Shown in pieces: positions 61,450 through 64,000 of a stretch of DNA of 64,000 bases (position 1 is its first letter; every line of letters starts with the position of its first letter). The notes beneath the pieces were generated by a model. That model made no database searches. It was not told the DNA's origin and was given only the letters and a program-made list of their open reading frames with translations. The translations under genes were made by a program, and so were the position numbers. The stretch is from Candidatus Methylomirabilota bacterium (GTDB taxonomy: Bacteria; Methylomirabilota; Methylomirabilia; Rokubacteriales; CSP1-6). Location: contig JBKPAK010000156.1 of the NCBI GenBank assembly GCA_046726415.1, positions 25,335 to 89,334 of the forward strand, written 5' to 3'.

Positions 61450-62102
61450 CAGTGCCCTCCCTGGAGGAGCCCTCCGAAGATGCGCGTCCCCAGCTTGAAT
61501 GCCTCGGCCACCGTCGCGCCCGCCCCCGGCACGTCCGGGTTTGCCGCTCGCCACACCCGCAGATGCTCTTCCGACCGGAAGAAGTTCAGCGTCGTTCAGA
61601 GTGATGTGGCGACGCGGCGCTGGTCCTCCGAGCGAGTCCCTACCCACACCATGGCCGCCTCTGACTCGAGACCCGCCCCATCGGGCCCGGCCTCCAGCGT
61701 CAGGGGTGTCTGGCAGTGGTGGCACTGGGAGCGGATGTGAAGCGGTTGGCCGAGCATGGGGGCCATGCCGAGCGCGTCGATCGCGCAACACGCGTATCGC
61801 TCCGCCCCGTCGGCGAATCGCACCATGAAAGCCGTCGGAAGCGCGGAGAACGGATACGCGATCTCCACGCGGTCCCCCTGGAGCTGGAGCAGATCCTCAT
61901 CGTCCAGGGCGACCAGCGTCTCCCGGACGACCGCAGGGGCATGGCTCGGGAGAGCGGCGGTGACCTCCTCCAACGAGACCGCACCGCTCCGATCGCGAAA
62001 GGCTCGGAGGACGTCCGTCTGACGGGCCTCTCGGCGAGCGGTCCACCGGGCCTCCAGCGCGGGGTCGACCAGCTCCTCCGCGGTCTTGATCTCAAGTTCC
62101 AT
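61449..62102 (-). CDS. MerB-like organomercurial lyase, predicted selenoprotein (U169, TGA 61596-61598)
   Basis: [42 protein letters not shown]; read-through stop overlaps next ATG (TGATG); hairpin at 61567-61582. Confidence 0.85.
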
Positions 62103-62142
62103 GGCCTCCCCCCCAGGGACTGCCGTTACGTCATGTGGCGTG

Positions 62143-62173
62143 ACGGTAAAGCCTGTAGTAACTAGAGACTCAA
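62143..62173 (-). promoter_or_regulatory. MerR-family promoter TTGAGT-N19-TACCGT with dyad CTGTAGT-A-ACTAGAG
   Basis: 19-bp spacer and inverted repeat at 62153-62167 between divergent merR-like and merB-like genes. Confidence 0.8.
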
Positions 62174-62201
62174 GAGAATTCTTGGCGTCCGGGAGGGTGG
62201 C

Positions 62202-62723
62202 ATGGACACCGCGTCGGCCCGCCTCGCCATCGGAGTCCTGTCGAAACGAACAGGGGCCAGGGTGGAGACCATCCGGTACTACGAGCACGTCGGGCTCCTA
62301 CCCGCACCCGCCCGCAGCGTCGCTGGCTATCGCCTCTACGGGACCGAACACCTCAAGCGGCTCACGCTCGTCCGTCGGGCTCGCGCCCTCGGATTCTCGA
62401 TTGCCGAGGTCCGGAAGCTCCTCGACCTGGCGGATCATCGCCCGCGTCCCTGCGCCGAAGCCCGCGCCCTCGCCGCCGCGCACTTGGCCGATGTCCGCGC
62501 CAAGATCGCGGACCTGCAAGCGATGGAGCGGGTTCTGGAGGAAACCGTCGCCCGGTGCGCCGAAGGTCGGAGCGCTCGCTGTCCGCTCATCGATGCTTTC
62601 TACCGCGATGGCGCGGCCCCGGTCCGGGAGGGCGCAGCCGCTCCGACTCGGAGGCGGGCCCGCAATCCGCGCGGGCCACATGCGATTCGCCTTCCTCGTC
62701 GTCGCCGGTCGCTGACAGAGTAG
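62202..62723 (+). CDS. MerR-family heavy-metal-responsive regulator
   Basis: ETIRYYE, GYRLYG, LGFSIAEV; three Cys (RPCAE, ARC...RCPLI). Confidence 0.9.
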   Translation: MDTASARLAIGVLSKRTGARVETIRYYEHVGLLPAPARSVAGYRLYGTEHLKRLTLVRRARALGFSIAEVRKLLDLADHRPRPCAEARALAAAHLADVRAKIADLQAMERVLEETVARCAEGRSARCPLIDAFYRDGAAPVREGAAAPTRRRARNPRGPHAIRLPRRRRSLTE

Positions 62724-62727
62724 GTCC

Positions 62728-63752
62728 GTGCCGGCCAACCTCACGCCCGAGTACAGGGCGGCGGAGGCCGCGTTCCGCAAGGCGCGCGACCCTGGGGAGC
62801 GCCTCGAGTGGCTGCGGGAGATGCTGCGCGTGATCCCGAAGCACAAGGGAACCGATCATCTCCAGGGCGACATCAAGCGGCGCATCAAGGAGCTCTCGGC
62901 CGAGCTCGAGCGACCCAAGGCGGGCGGGGCTCACGGCGGGCCGGCGCTCGTGGTCCGTCCCGAAGGCGCGGCGCAGATCGCGCTGCTCGGGCCGCCGAAC
63001 GCCGGCAAGTCGTCACTTCACCGGCGCCTCACGGGCTCCGACGCGCAGGTCGCGCCCTACCCATTCACGACGCAGTATCCCGAGCCAGGAATGATTTCCC
63101 ACGAGGGGATTCACTTCCAGCTCGTTGACCTTCCCGCCGTCTCGCCCGAGCACCCGGTACCGTGGCTCGCCAGCGCGCTCCAGACGGCAGACGCGTGTCT
63201 GCTCGTCACGGATCTCGACGATCCCGCGGGCCCCGAGGAGATGGCCGCTGTGCACGTCATCCTACGCGAGCGGCGCGTGACGTTGACCCACCAATGGGAG
63301 TCAGGCGGTGCGCCAGCGGAAACGGCAGCAGAGGGCAACGAGGACCCCTTCGCCCTGCGGCTCCCGACGTTGCTCGTTGCCAACAAGGCCGACCGCGTCG
63401 GCGATGCCGCGGGCGAGCTGCGGGCGCTCCTCGAGCTCACCGAGCTGCGCTATCCGGCCTTCGTCGTGTCGGCGGAAACCGGACACGGCCTCGGCGACAT
63501 CGGCCCCTGGCTGTTCACGCATCTCGGCATCGTGCGGGTCTATACCAAGGTGCCGGGCCACCCGCCCAACCGCGAGCGGCCCTTCGCCCTTCGGCGAGGC
63601 CAGACCGTGGAGGACGTCGCCCGGCTCGTGCACAAAGACCTCGCGCGCTCGCTGCGGTACGCGCGCGTCTGGGGCACATCCGGATTCGACGGACAGCAGG
63701 TTGGAGCGAGCATCCGGTGGCGGACGGTGACGTCGTCGAACTGCACGCCTGA
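62728..63752 (+). CDS. OBG/DRG-like GTPase with TGS domain (frameshift near 63708)
   Basis: VPANLTPEY, IPKHKGTDHL, GPPNAGKS, YPFTT, DLP, NKAD, RVYTK, DGDVVELH. Confidence 0.85.
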
Positions 63753-63840
63753 CCCCGCCCTCTTGGCCTCGGGAGGCGCAGGCCGCGGCCGTGGGGTCGC
63801 GTCGGCGGCCACGTCATGTGCACCCAGCGCCAGGTCCAGG

Positions 63841-63999
63841 CTACCTGGCGCTCGCCCGTGCCGCCTGGTCCGCCGCGATTGTCTTGAGCGAATCCCGTTC
63901 CACGACGAGCACATGTTTGGCCACCGCCCGATAGGTCCACTGGCCAGGCGCGGTCTCGGCGTTGAACTGCTCGTCGGTCAAGCCGATCAGGGAGCCCAC
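63841..63999 (-). CDS. C-terminus of DinB-like protein (partial)
   Basis: LTDEQFNAETAPGQWTYRAVAKHV. Confidence 0.45.
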   Translation of the reverse strand: MGSLIGLTDEQFNAETAPGQWTYRAVAKHVLVVERDSLKTIAADQAARASAR

Positions 64000-64000
64000 G

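Overview
GC-rich bacterial DNA. The gene repertoire resembles Candidatus Rokubacteria/Methylomirabilota, which is an inference. 1-15.3 kb is an intact aromatic-catabolism block: hcrCAB-like 4-hydroxybenzoyl-CoA reductase, an XRE-cupin regulator, boxC, boxB and a benzoate-CoA ligase, with no boxA in the window. From about 16 kb to 63 kb lies a redox/metal/sulfur accessory region whose main signal the ORF track hides. Ten genes are interrupted by a single in-frame TGA at a conserved Cys position. Each TGA is followed 10-21 nt later by a short hairpin with G in the loop (GT in 9 of 10), which marks them as predicted selenoproteins. They are a VKOR-thioredoxin fusion, an ABC substrate-binding protein, an AhpC/Prx-like protein, an OsmC-like protein, a GrdB/PrdB-like protein, two TlpA proteins, a glutaredoxin, a MerB-like lyase and a SoxA/TsdA-like c-type cytochrome. 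In the cytochrome, Sec occupies the position of the heme-ligating Cys. The cytochrome lies in a periplasmic operon with a Sec-TlpA, a diheme cytochrome and a secreted NPCAAK Cys-repeat protein. A second NPCAAK-repeat gene and a TlpA-pentaheme fusion face the other way. Six divergent pairs of SigR-like GGAAT-N18-GTT promoters and two ECF sigma/zinc anti-sigma pairs tie the 33-58 kb region together. A MerR-controlled operon (merB-Sec, grx-Sec, Zn-ribbon, merF-like, merT-like) lacks merA. Many genes after 30 kb carry frameshifts or deletions, from either decay or assembly error. No sel machinery, rRNA, tRNA or CRISPR array was seen. All product calls come from motif recognition, not database searches.
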